This document shows, in pieces, positions 12,998 through 25,430 of a stretch of 64,000 nucleotides of DNA. The position numbers and the translations under genes are program-made. The notes below the pieces were generated by a model, which was not told the origin of the DNA, ran no database searches, and saw only the letters and a program-made list of their open reading frames with translations. Each line of letters opens with the position of its first letter. Position 1 is the stretch's first letter. The DNA is from Octopus vulgaris (lineage: Eukaryota): the NCBI GenBank assembly GCA_951406725.2, contig OX597830.1, positions 3,100,001-3,164,000 on the forward strand, written 5' to 3'.

Positions 12998-14235
12998 TCA
13001 GTAGTTTTATTTTTATAGCGTGCTTTCACTTCACTACCGAGCGCAGCTCTGTGTGCCTTGGGTATGTGCTGTGATTTGTTGTGATGCTCTGATGGTTATT
13101 GTATGGAAAGTGTTCTGCGTAGGATGTGTGCAGTGCCTAGTAGTGCAATTTTCTGTATGTTATATGTGTTTGTAAGTCCTGGTGTTTTTGTTATGTATTT
13201 GTCTGAATATTTTTTTATCATGCCTAATGCACCTACTATGATAGGAATTGTTTCTGTTTTCAGATTCCACATTCTAGTTACCTCTATTTCCAGGTCTTTG
13301 TATTTTGAGAGTTTCTCCATTTCTTTTAGAGACACGTTGTCATCTGCCGGTATTGATACATCAATTAGAAAGCATTTTTTTTCTTCATGATCTCTGACAA
13401 CTATATCTGGTCTGTTGGCTTTAATTTCTCTATCTGTGTGTATCGGCATATCCCAGAGTATGGTTGCTTTCTCGTTTTCTGTGACCTTTTCTGGTGTGTG
13501 CCTATACCATCTTTTTTCTGTTGTTATTCCATAATGTTGGCATAGCTTCCAATGTATGTAGGTTCCAACTCTGTCATGTCTGTGAATATATTCCTTCTTA
13601 GCCAAGACTGGGCAGCTAGAGATAATATGATTTATTGTTTCTTGTCCATCTCCACATATTCTGCAGTTACTTGTAATATTTCTTTTCATTACATGTTTTT
13701 GGTAATTTCTGGTGGGGAGGCTTTGGTCTTGTGCTGCAATTAAAAATCCCTCTGTTTCTGCTTTGAGTCCTGAGCTTCTCAACCATTGCTGGGATTTTTC
13801 TTTGTCTATTGCTTTTGCGTTTAGTTTAGTCCAGTATTTACCATGAAGGGGCTTTTCTTGCCATCGTTTTATCATGGTTCGTTGCTGTTCTATTTTTAGT
13901 TTGGATTTCATTTGTTTTATAGCTTTTGTTGTTTCTTCATCTTCTTCTTCTTCATGTTTATTAGGTGGTATGATTTCTTGTTTGTATTTGTCAGCTTCCT
14001 TAAATACTGAGAACAGTTTTTTGTTTTGCTCGTGTTTTGCCGCTATCTGGATCAGTTTTCCTTCCTTCTGAAGTAGATATTTTTGCAGTCCTATGGTGGT
14101 TATTTTATAGTAGTTTTCCAGCTGTATAAGGCCTCTACCACCTTCTATACGTTGTATATATAGTCTTTCTATGTCAGATTTTGGGTGATGCATCCTAGAT
14201 CCTGTCATTATTTTTCTTGTTTTCCTATCTATTTT
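12998..14235 (-). mobile_element. Young 5'-truncated R4/Dong-like LINE inserted in (TAA)n; frame intact through the CCHC knuckle and RLE domain
   Basis: GGRGL, AAQDQ, CRICG...HIISSC, RHD, RPDIV and IDVSIP motifs; (TAA)n on both flanks; near-identical to 17686-18924. Confidence 0.93.
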
Positions 14236-14254
14236 ATTATTATTATTATTATCA

Positions 14255-14289
<35 letters not shown>

Positions 14290-14315
14290 GTTATTATTAT
14301 TATTATTATCATTAC

Positions 14316-14366
<51 letters not shown>

Positions 14367-14407
14367 CATTACTATTATTATTATTACTATTATTATTATT
14401 ATTATCA

Positions 14408-14441
<34 letters not shown>

Positions 14442-14453
14442 CATCATCATTAC

Positions 14454-14501
<48 letters not shown>

Positions 14502-14617
14502 CATTACTATTATTATTATTACTATTATTATTATTATTATTATTATTACTATTATTATTTTTATTAGTATTATTATCATTACTATTATTATTATTACTAT
14601 TATTATCATTATTATTA

Positions 14618-14660
<43 letters not shown>

Positions 14661-14706
14661 CATTACTATTATTATCATTACTATTATTATTATTACTATT
14701 ATTATA

Positions 14707-14760
<54 letters not shown>
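14236..14760. repeat. ~525-bp (TTA)n microsatellite with TCA/CTA interruptions
   Basis: Directly visible. Confidence 0.97.
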
Positions 14761-14761
<1 letters not shown>

Positions 14762-15045
14762 TGTCTTTGCACCGCTTCTAACACTGGAAATGTACTACAG
14801 TAGCTACCAGTGAACAAAGGTAATACCCCTTATTTTTCGAGCACCCTCCGGAGTATTCGAGCGGTTCCAAGCGGTGCTGATTTCTGCAAGTGCTCCATCC
14901 TTATTGCAGCCCCTATTTATTCCATGTACTTCTCAAAATTTTTACTCACTGTTCCCAGGGATCCGACAGTTATTGGTACCACTACCACCTTTCTCATCAA
15001 CCACAATTGCTTAACATCCCAAGCTAACCTGTCATATCTCTCGAC
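14761..15045 (-). mobile_element. R4/Dong-like 3' fragment, related to 12340-12720 in inverted orientation
   Basis: Minus-strand translation RYDRLAWDVKQLW...VPITVGSLG...LGTARILRRVLEK*. Confidence 0.75.
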
Positions 15046-15119
15046 TACTAACATGGCCACTACTAACTTGCAGAAAACTAATAAAGGGATATGTAAATGT
15101 ATTATGTCAGTAAACTAGG

Positions 15120-15277
15120 TTCTGTTGTGTCTGGGGAGAGTCATTTTCTTTTTGTGCCATATAATGTAACTCACCGGTAAAATTTCCACTTTTTTTCTTT
15201 TTTTTATCGATTTTACCGGTGAGTGAGTTACATTAAAAGGCACAAAAAGAAAATGACTCTCCCCAGACACAACAGAA
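15120..15277. repeat. Near-perfect inverted repeat with ~65-bp arms and a ~26-nt T-rich loop
   Basis: ttctgttgtgtctggggagagtcattttctttttgtgcc... pairs with ...ggcacaaaaagaaaatgactctccccagacacaacagaa. Confidence 0.92.
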
Positions 15278-15854
15278 AATGCTTCAACACACGAACTCAT
15301 ATAAAGAATCTTGCAAACCAAATCCCAAAACGAAGTAAACCAGGTGTTTTCTCTCAAAGAATAATCATAGGAAACCAACTGCAAACATCAGCATTCTGTG
15401 ATCCCTAAAGAGGAGTAAATCTAATTAAAAAAATACCATATCCGATTCTTTACTTTCTGCATTTGCTCTCCCGTATGCGTTTGACTTCTTAGTTTATCTG
15501 AATTTATTTTCATTCTTTTGTTTGGCTTTTTGTCTTTGTTGATTCAACAAAATAAATCTCAAGTTTAATTTGTCAGCACAACTAAAGCCATAACGGAAGA
15601 TATACATCTTTCTATTTGTATGATACTGAAAGGAAGAAAATGATATTTACTGCAAGAAATTTGTTGATTTTTATTTCTAAAACTGTTCATTGAAAGACTA
15701 TTTTTAAAACTATGCATTTTTTTTTTCTACTTTTCGTTTTTTTTCTCATTAATTCGAAGAAATATATATAGAATGATCATTCAAGAACAATTGAGGAATC
15801 TAAACAATTTATTTACATTGAATGAAAAGGGGTTTCCTTTTGGGGAGTGCTGGG

Positions 15855-15906
15855 GTGGTGGTGGTGGCGGCGGTGGTGGTGGTGGTGGTGGTGGTGGTGG
15901 TGGTGG
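15855..15906. repeat. (GGT)n tract
   Basis: Directly visible. Confidence 0.9.
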
Positions 15907-16234
15907 AATTCTTTCCAATAAATAAAAAGAGTTTACTGAAAAATTGTATTAATTTTTTATTTCCATTTTTATATTTTTATTGTTCATATTAGTGGAATAG
16001 ATATGTTGAGTTGCTTAATTAAATTATGATATATATATATGAATATGCCCGTCTATAAGTATGAGAATATGCACACACACACACACACACACCACACACA
16101 CACACACATATGCACATATCCATCTATCTTAAAAAGTGAATGATCAAAACAGTGAATTTAGGTTCAACTTTAATAATAACTACTTATCTTATTCTGATAA
16201 TGCTAATACTACTAATAATAATAGTAATGATAAT

Positions 16235-16266
<32 letters not shown>

Positions 16267-18924
16267 GATATCCTTGCCAAAGCACAAAGGATCTGCCGGT
16301 ACGAGAAACGCCAATGCTTCTTTGAACAAAACAAAAAGTTCAACTCCAACCCCAAAAAGTTCTACCAAGAACTGGGCAAAAATAAAATAGAAGTCACTGC
16401 AGCACCAACGGCAGAAGAATTGGAAGAATTCTGGAGAGAAATATGGTTGGCGAACGAACAACCAAAAAAAGGAGTATCAAAATAACAAACTCGGCATCTG
16501 AACAACTTTGGACCCCCATAACAACTGAAGAGGTCACCAAGGCACTGCAAAGACTAAGCAACTGGAAGGCAACCTGGGCATGACAAGATCCCCAACTTCT
16601 GGTTGAAATATCTAACAGGAATGCACAAAAAGCTGGCTGAAAACTTTAACAACATACTAGCAGAGCCAGAGACAATGCCTGAATGGCTCATGAAGGGGAA
16701 AACCATCTTAATTCCCAAATCAAATGAAACAGAAAAACCAGAAAACTACAGACCAATAACCTGCCTCCCTACTATGTTCAAGGCGTTTACTGCAGTGATA
16801 TCGCAAAGGCTGAACAAGCACCTGGACGAAAACAAACTGTTCCCAGAAGAGCAGAAAGGATGCCGCAAAGGCTCATATGGCTGTAAAGATCAACTAATGA
16901 TTAATAAAGCCATAACTGAAGACAGCCACAGAAAGAAGAAAGGCCTCAGTATGGCCTGGATTGACTACAAAAAGGCGTTTGATAGCATCCCCCACACATG
17001 GATCCTCGAAACACTAGCCATTAACAAAGTAGCACCAACAATCATAAAATTCATAGAGCACTCTATGAATAAATGGCAAACAGTCCTACACCTCCAAACA
17101 AAAGAGGGACTCATGAAAACCAAAGACATCCCCATTAGAAGAGGAATATTCCAGGGAGACACGCTCTCTCCACTCCTTTTCTGCTTGGCACTGTCATCTC
17201 TATCTGATATACTAAATAGAACTGGATGCGGATATAAATGTTACGGCAAAACGATCAGCCACCTTTTATATATGGATGACCTAAAACTATACGCTGCAAA
17301 TGACAAACAGCTGGAAACACTATTAAAGACAGTTCATGGATTTACCAAAGAAATAGATATGAAATTTGAATTAGAAAAATGCGCCAAAGTAACCATGAAA
17401 AGAGGAAAACTAGTTAAGAGTAACAACATCACACTAGATAAAACCAATGAAATAAAAGAATTAGACCAAAGCCAAACTTACAAATACTTAGGAATCCATG
17501 AACTAGATAAGACACAACACACACAAATGAAAGAGAAAATAAAAAAAGAATATTATAGACGAGTTAGATCAATACTAAAAACAGAGCTCAATGCTAAAAA
17601 CAAGATAATAGGTATCAACACTTTAGCTGTCCCAGTTATAAGTTACAGCTACAATATCCTTAACTGGACACGAAATGAACTGACCAAAATAGATAGGAAA
17701 ACAAGAAAAATAATGACAGGATCTAGGATGCATCACCCAAAATCTGACATAGAAAGACTATATATACAACGTATAGAAGGTGGTAGAGGCCTTATACAGC
17801 TGGAAAACTACTATAAAATAACTACCATAGGACTGCAAAAATATCTACTTCAGAAGGAAGGAAAACTGATCCAGATAGCGGCAAAACACGAGCAAAACAA
17901 AAAAACTGTTCTCAGTATTTAAGGAAGCTGACAAATACAAACAAGAAATCATACCACCTAATAAACATGAAGAAGAAGAAGATGAAGAAACAACAAAAGC
18001 TATAAAACAAATGAAATCCAAACTAAAAATAGAACAGCAACGAACCATGATAAAACGATGGCAAGAAAAGCCCCTTCATGGTAAATACTGGACTAAACTA
18101 AACGCAAAAGCAATAGACAAAGAAAAATCCCAGCAATGGTTGAGAAGCTCAGGACTCAAAGCAGAAACAGAGGGATTTTTAATTGCAGCACAAGACCAAA
18201 GCCTCCCCACCAGAAATTACCAAAAACATGTAATGAAAAGAAATATTACAAGTAACTGCAGAATATGTGGAGATGGACAAGAAACAATAAATCATATTAT
18301 CTCTAGCTGCCCAGTCTTGGCTAAGAAGGAATATATTCACAGACATGACAGAGTTGGAACCTACATACATTGGAAGCTATGCCAACATTATGGAATAACA
18401 ACAGAAAAAAGATGGTATAGGCACACACCAGAAAAGGTCACAGAAAACGAGAAAGCAACCATACTCTGGGATATGCCGATACACACAGATAGAGAAATTA
18501 AGACCAACAGACCAGATATAGTTGTCAGAGATCATGAAGAAAAAAATGCTTTCTAATTGATGTATCAATACCGGCAGATGACAACGTGTCTCTAAAAGAA
18601 ATGGAGAAACTCTCAAAATACAAAGACCTGGAAATAGAGGTAACCAGAATGTGGAATCTGAAAACAGAAACAATTCCTATCATAGTAGCTGCATTAGGCA
18701 TGATAAAAAAATATTCAGACAAATACATAACAAAAACACCAGGACTTACAAACACATATAACATACAGAAAATTGCACTACTAGGCACTGCACACATCCT
18801 ACGCAGAACACTTTCCATACAATAACCATCAGAGCATCACAACAAATCACAGCACATACCCAAGGCACACAGAGCTGCGCTCGGTAGTGAAGTGAAAGCA
18901 CGCTATAAAAAATAAAACTACTGA
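16267..18924 (+). mobile_element. R4/Dong-like non-LTR retrotransposon (RT, CCHC, RLE), 5'-truncated, inserted in (TAA)n
   Basis: NYRPITCLP, IDYKKAFDSIPH, RGIFQGDTLSPLLF, LLYMDDLK and YKYLG motifs, then CCHC and PD-D nuclease motifs; the breaks at ~17905 and ~18545 fall in A-runs; (TAA)n on both sides, as known for Dong. Confidence 0.95.
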
Positions 18925-18929
18925 ATAAC

Positions 18930-18986
<57 letters not shown>

Positions 18987-18988
18987 TG

Positions 18989-19039
<51 letters not shown>

Positions 19040-19350
19040 GTTCCAAATGATGAGAAAGTCAATATGAAAGGTATATACAAAATAGCAAAGTACCAGGACC
19101 TAGCCATTGAATTACAGAGGGTATAGAAAGTGTGGATATCATGTATCCCTGTAGTTATAGGTGCATTAAGAATTATCCCTAAATATTTGAACAGATAGAT
19201 AAAGGAAATAGGCATAAAACCCAGTTTAGGACAGTTCCAGAAAACAGTGTTATTAGGGACAGCAAGAATACTTAGGAGGGTTCTTGGCATCTGAGGTTAC
19301 TTGTAGCCTGATATTAGGATTTTTTCTTTTCCAACAGTCTAAATCTGTTA
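19040..19350 (+). mobile_element. R4/Dong-like 3' fragment, third subfamily
   Basis: Translates to KIAKYQDLAIEL...IPVVIGAL...QKTVLLGTARILRRVLGI*; follows (TAA)n. Confidence 0.75.
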
Positions 19351-19698
19351 AGGATTTATGATGAGGAGGAGGAGAAGATAAGGAAAGGAAGGTGCACAGT
19401 TTCTAATGTAAGCAGAAGGACTCGAATTTGGTGGAGCAATTACATAACAGTCAATGTAATTGATCCTAATATTCCACTGGTTTGTTATTTGGATTTGAGT
19501 GTGTCTGGATTAAGGTGGATTAAGTCCCCCATCCAAAATAAATAAGATATTAATCCTCACCACATAATTATTTGTAGTTAGATGTTGATGCTTCCTGTAT
19601 TAAATATGTTCACTCTCATCTAATTATTATTTCACTAAGGTATACGAATCATGTCTTTCATAAATGATAAGTATGCAGTGAGAAAGGAAAGTGATGAA

Positions 19699-19739
<41 letters not shown>

Positions 19740-20180
19740 GAGAGAGAGAGAGAGAGAGAGTAAGGCAAGAGATAAGTGTTGATAAAATAAGCAACTGTTG
19801 AAAGTTATGATTCTTTAACTTGGAAATTACCAAATTATTTGAAACAACACAATGAATGTGAGAGAGTTACATAACCCATATTGTATGCACTTAGATGTAC
19901 TGGAGCACAAATTAAGACTCGATAAACAATAATAACATTGTGTGGGTTGACAAAAGAAACAAATTAATAAAAATACAAAAATACATATGCACATATATAT
20001 AATGTGCGTATGCATCTGTGTTTAGTGTATACATAGTGTATATATATGTGTGTGTTTCGATGCATACACAGAGATATTATACAAATGCAAATATACAGAC
20101 AGACGTATATATACATATATTCTAGTGAAAATAATATATACACTCTCATGTATATATATATGTGTGCATGTGCATATGTT

Positions 20181-20218
<38 letters not shown>

Positions 20219-20302
20219 CATATACTTATATGTATATATATAAAATATATATGCATATATATATATGTATATGTAGATCTATAAATATATATATACATAT
20301 AC

Positions 20303-20339
<37 letters not shown>

Positions 20340-21926
20340 CATGTATATATAGATATATACACAAATATGTATATAATACATGTACATATATATGTATGTA
20401 GTATATATAAATATATGTATGTCATATATATGTATACATATATGTGTGTGTGTGTGTGTGCGTATGCATATATACATATGTGTATATATGTATATCATAT
20501 AAAAAGCATTGTATTTAATATGCAGTCATCCAATATATTATATTCATTGTGTTCTCTAAATTGCAAACCAAATTTCTTATTATCGTCTATCTATTTTTGA
20601 AAATGCCTTTTTGAATATTTGGCAAGTATTGTGATAACTGGGTGGAATCAACATCAAAGATAAATAAAGAGAAAGGAAAAGCAGCAGCCGTTGCTTGAGG
20701 AAAGAAAAATTCTATCGAGTCGTAATATTGTTGATTCTTTTTATCAGAGGTAAATGTTAAGAAATATCTTAATTATATTTGTAAGATTCTGTCAAGGGGC
20801 TATATGTGAATTGGTCTGTTATGTATAGATTTTGGAATGAGTAGACACAATTCTTTATTGTTCACTCTCTGTGAAGTTGTTTATCTAGGAATGTTTTTTT
20901 TTTTTATTTTCTCCTTGGTCAGATATTAAATGTTCACAAATGTGCTGAAATATGACCACTCAAAAGCCAGATGAAATTAGGAAATATGTTTTGCCAAGAA
21001 TAAAATTACTCTCTTTTGTTATTAGCTTTTGCTAGATAGTCTTCTCAACAGATCTCTCTTTCTTTTTTTTTTTCTCCTATAGTGTGTAGACTCAGATAAC
21101 TGATGCTTTGAATTTTGGTCAAATACTTTCCTCTTTTTCTGCAAATCTCCAATATTCTTTGATTTTTGCCGCATTTTGTCAGAATGCAAAATAAACATCA
21201 GCTTTTCAAAGGAAGGATGCTATTTAGGAATTTATAGATTCTGTAATTTTTAGAACTTTTACTTGTGAGAAAGATTTTTGCTCACAAATAGATTGTCTTA
21301 AGGATATTTTACTAAGGAGATAGCGATATGTCTTTTATGGGCCTTTTTCTGGCTATTGTTGTTGTTGTGTTCAGTGTTGAGTCATTGCTATGAACCTTGA
21401 TAATTCTCCAAGTTATTCTGTAATTCCACAACTAGGAAAGTTTGGTAAACATTGACTAAAAAGGGTAGAAGGGGGCATATGCCATGGCTTAACTTGGATC
21501 CTTAAAGCAAGATAAAGAGGCAAAAAAGTTGTCAGAACAATTCTTCACTCTGAATAATGAAGTAGAAACCAGCAAGCATGGAGGAGGAAATTTGAAGCCA
21601 AAATAATTTTAGATAATGTCAAGGAAAATAAAAAAAAGAGAAATCACTGTTCTTGTCCTGCTGTAGAGGATATTCTGAAACTCAAAGATAAGCATTTCCC
21701 TGAAAATACTGGAGATTCCATCTAACTTCAGATAAAAAAGAACAACAGGAAAGCTGTTTGGATCCACTGAAAGTTTTGTTAATGTTAGCTGTAAAACTGA
21801 AATTACAGAGTATAAAACTGTATAACAGAGTCCATAAATGATTTTAAAATAAATTCACACAATGCCAACATTTTGTAACTTGAATAAACTTCTGAGAAAG
21901 AAAGAAATAAAGTGATTTTTTTATAC

Positions 21927-22081
21927 CTGGTTTGTACTCTGGTAACCTCAAAAAAGGTTTAGGATATGAAGAATTAGCATCGTTAGTGATAACAATACAT
22001 TTTGAGACATCTTTTATTGAATGAAAAGCAAACCTCAATGAAAAATCGTCTGTATTAGAATAATTGGAACAACTATCGAAC
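21927..22081 (-). CDS. Putative internal coding exon (FDSCSNYSNTDDFSLRFAFHS...RLPEYKP)
   Basis: ccaaag acceptor and CAG|gtataa donor; 155 nt open; phase 2 in and phase 1 out, compatible with both neighbouring candidate exons. Confidence 0.55.
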
Positions 22082-23364
22082 CTTTGGTTAAACAAATCAA
22101 TTACATCAACAATAACAAGAACAATAATATGTGGTTATTAATAATCTTGATTGAAGACACAAAAAGGGGGTTTCAAATGTAAGTCTCATAAGTGGAGATA
22201 TCTTGTTTACTTTCCAAATTGTTGCCACTCATTGCTTGCCAAGAATATTAATGCAACTCCTTAGAAAGACAACTGTGTCTCCATGTTCAGATCTTTATAA
22301 TGGCATATTGAATGCTGCTCTAACATTTAAGAGCAGTGCATCGCCTTCACTTTTGTATTCCTTTATTGATCAATTTGATATTAATAAGGAAAAAAGCTTG
22401 AACAACATATGACAGGTATGCAGTGAAGGGGAAGGGTGCTACAATTGGTTAATATTTTAACCCTTTAGCATTCAAACCGGCCATATGCAGCCAAAATATT
22501 TAACCTGTTTTATATTGAAACTGACCAGATCTCGCCCCTCACCTCAGCCCTACCATGTCATTCTAAAACTAAAAAATCACATCACTGAAATCTCTAAACT
22601 ACAAGATAATGCAGGCATAATTCAAACCATTTTAAATAAACAAACATCACATTTGAGAGAATAATAAAGTTAAGAAACTGGAACATTCTCTATATAACTT
22701 TGGATTAAATGCAATGGACATTTTATTTCAAAGTATAATTTGTTATAGTGTCACTAATAATTCCCTGCTGTGCTGTATTACATATTAGGATCCCAAGTTT
22801 GTTAAGTTAATTACTGCCTTTACATGTGAAGTAGTACCATTCTATTTACAGATGGAAGTTAAGAAAGAGCTAAGTAATATCGTGATTCTTGGTCTAATGT
22901 TACCATATAATTGAACTGGCATTGGGCTTATTTCATCTTTGATGTGTATAAGAAGAATGGGTCACTTAGAATGGGTGTTGCCAAAATCATTAGTCATTGT
23001 CATTAGTCATCATTGTCCCTGTCATTAGTCACCTCTTGATTTCTTTGAGAGTGAAGCTACAGAGAAGTGGTTTGCACCATCAAGATTATTGATAGTAAGA
23101 ATAAGTTTACCAAAAGGGTGGTAGAGGTAGAAAAATTTCTCGATTTTATAAATTACTATGGACAATTTATCAGGAATTCCACAGAAAAGATTGAATCTCT
23201 AAAGACTATGGTTAATTTTTCTCACGGCTGCAATCATTTATAGAGGTCATTGTTATTCAGTCATTTTTAAGGGAAAAACAAGGGTGGTTGTATCCTCCCT
23301 ACATCAGTAGATGGGGAATTGTTTTAAGACAATCATTTCTCAAAGAAAACAGTGTTTGAAGCTA

Positions 23365-23575
23365 AGGTGGCAAACTGGCAGAATCATTACCTCACTGAGC
23401 AAAATACTTAGCAGCATTTCAGCAATCTTCGTGTTCTGAGTTCAAATTCTGCTGAGGCCAACTCTGCCTTTCATCCTTTCAGGGTCGATGAAATAAGTAC
23501 CAGTTATACACTGGGGTCAATGGAATCAATTTACCCCTTCCCCTGAAATTGCTGGCCTTGTGCCAAAATTTGCTG
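23365..23575 (+). mobile_element. SINE family A copy (others at ~34075-34255, 38800-38995, 50940-51155, 54845-55430, 55447-55620, 57770-57950; minus-strand at ~1550-1700, 1860-1990, 36100-36270, 40000-40150)
   Basis: Shared blocks ctggcagaat..., ttctgagttcaaat... and ggccttgtgccaaaattt. Confidence 0.85.
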
Positions 23576-25261
23576 TCAATATAGAATACGAAGCCATAAG
23601 TTGGTTATACACTGAATAAACGAGGCAAGTAATATTTGTCCCTCCAGTTTCATCTTGAACAATCAACTGCTTACGAGAGATCTTGATGCACCACCAACAC
23701 TTACAAGTTGTAAATGGTGGCCTATGTTAACATATTTAGTCAGGGCATTATGTAAAATCTTGCTCAGAATATCAAAAGTTTCACTTTTCTGGAACACCAA
23801 GCAACAACACCTGTTCCATTAGTGAAGTTAGGGAAATAATTTGCATTAACTGGTCAGATGTAAAAGGTATTGGAAGAAGTCTCATAATTGTTGAGTCATT
23901 TCTCTCTTGAACTGATATTTTATGTTATTGTAGAAAGAGAGTTAAGACAGAAAAGTGTAAGTTAAATGTTGCAGTTTAACAATTTAGTGTTACAGATATT
24001 CAAGTCTCTGATAATAATGTTTGATTATGTCAGCTTAAAATAATTCCTTTCGTTGGTTTGAATAGATTTGAATCACCCACATATTAAATCAAATCGCATG
24101 AGAGAAAGAACAGTTTAATCAATGAAATATGCATTGAAATATCATCCCAGAATTGTTAAGTTTGATTTACATTTATAAAAGACTTTTTCAATCATAGAAC
24201 AGGCACAGACAGCTGTACAATGTGTCCAGCAGAAAATTTAATTGGAAGAAACCTATAAGTTTCTTAAAACCTACCTTTTGAAATTGGTGAATATGTTTCA
24301 TATAAGGATAAGTTGCTGCTGTGAATTATATTTTTCATATTGGAAACAGAATTGCTTGGATAAGAGACAAGAATGAAATATGCTGGAAATCAATTTAGTT
24401 GACCTCAGAAGATGAAAATAATTCAATCCCTGTAAAAAGAACTTTAACTACTAACTGTGTTGAAGCCTAGTAATGGCTTCATCATGACAGTGCCAGATTG
24501 AATAGAAAATGTTACTACAGCATCAATTACCAATATTTTCTTGAATACCTGCATTCCTAATGGTTTTCACAAGATTTTGCGTTATAGACAGAAAGTATGT
24601 CTTCTCTGGAATCATCACTGTTGTCATTCCTGTATATGGTTTCAATGTAAAGTCCATGTATTATTAGGACAGAATTGTCTAAACAACACCATAAGCATCC
24701 CCCTTTGGGTAATGCAATGCACTATGGTCCCTACATACACAAACATAGCACACATAGATTAATATTTAGGCTCCTAGACATATGGGGCATTTGGGCTGCT
24801 ACCAAGTGTGCCCATGTCTTAACACAGCATTGACCTATGGGCCTCAAAAATCCTGTAAGCCAGTCTATATTCCCATAAGCAGTAAAGTTCAGTAAATGCT
24901 TTGTAAAAACACAAAAGAGATGCATAGATGTTCTCTCTTAATCTGAATTCTTAAATTACCTTCAGACCATTCGTAATTGGTTTTCTTTTTCGCTTGGATC
25001 CAATCAATAGGATGTACATGTTTTAGTAACTAAAAATATGAACAGTGACTGAATAAATAAACACAAATTCCTCAAGGGACTTTATTTGTTTGATTTTATA
25101 GATTTGGGAAATTAAGAATTTGCTTTTGAAAAGTTGTTAAAATTAAAAGCTTTTTATAACGTTTGGATTTGATAATATTTATTGAGAAAAAGGCCGCAAA
25201 CTGGCAGAAACTTTAGCATGGTGGGCAAAATGCTTAGCAGTATTTCGTCTGTATTTATGCT

Positions 25262-25337
<76 letters not shown>

Positions 25338-25384
25338 TTGAAAAATACCTTAGGAATGAGAACCCAGGTTCAAAATTTCCCCAA

Positions 25385-25430
25385 GACACCTGATGAAGGC
25401 TGGAGGGTATATCAGCCAAAATGTTGTGTT
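25385..25430 (+). ncRNA. Minimal type-I hammerhead motif with GAAA decayed to AAAA, in an (AAT)n-headed element at ~25263-25519
   Basis: gacac-CTGATGA-a-ggctg...cagcc-AAAA-tg-TT-gtgtt; paralog of 60074-60119. Confidence 0.55.

Noticed and set aside
13096-14817. 573-aa poly-Asn protein ORF
   Set aside because: Artefact of a stop-free (AAT)n frame running into a truncated Dong ORF.
19964-20600. ORFs rich in YI, HT, CV, poly-I, poly-L or poly-Y, here and throughout the window
   Set aside because: Translations of di- and trinucleotide microsatellites.
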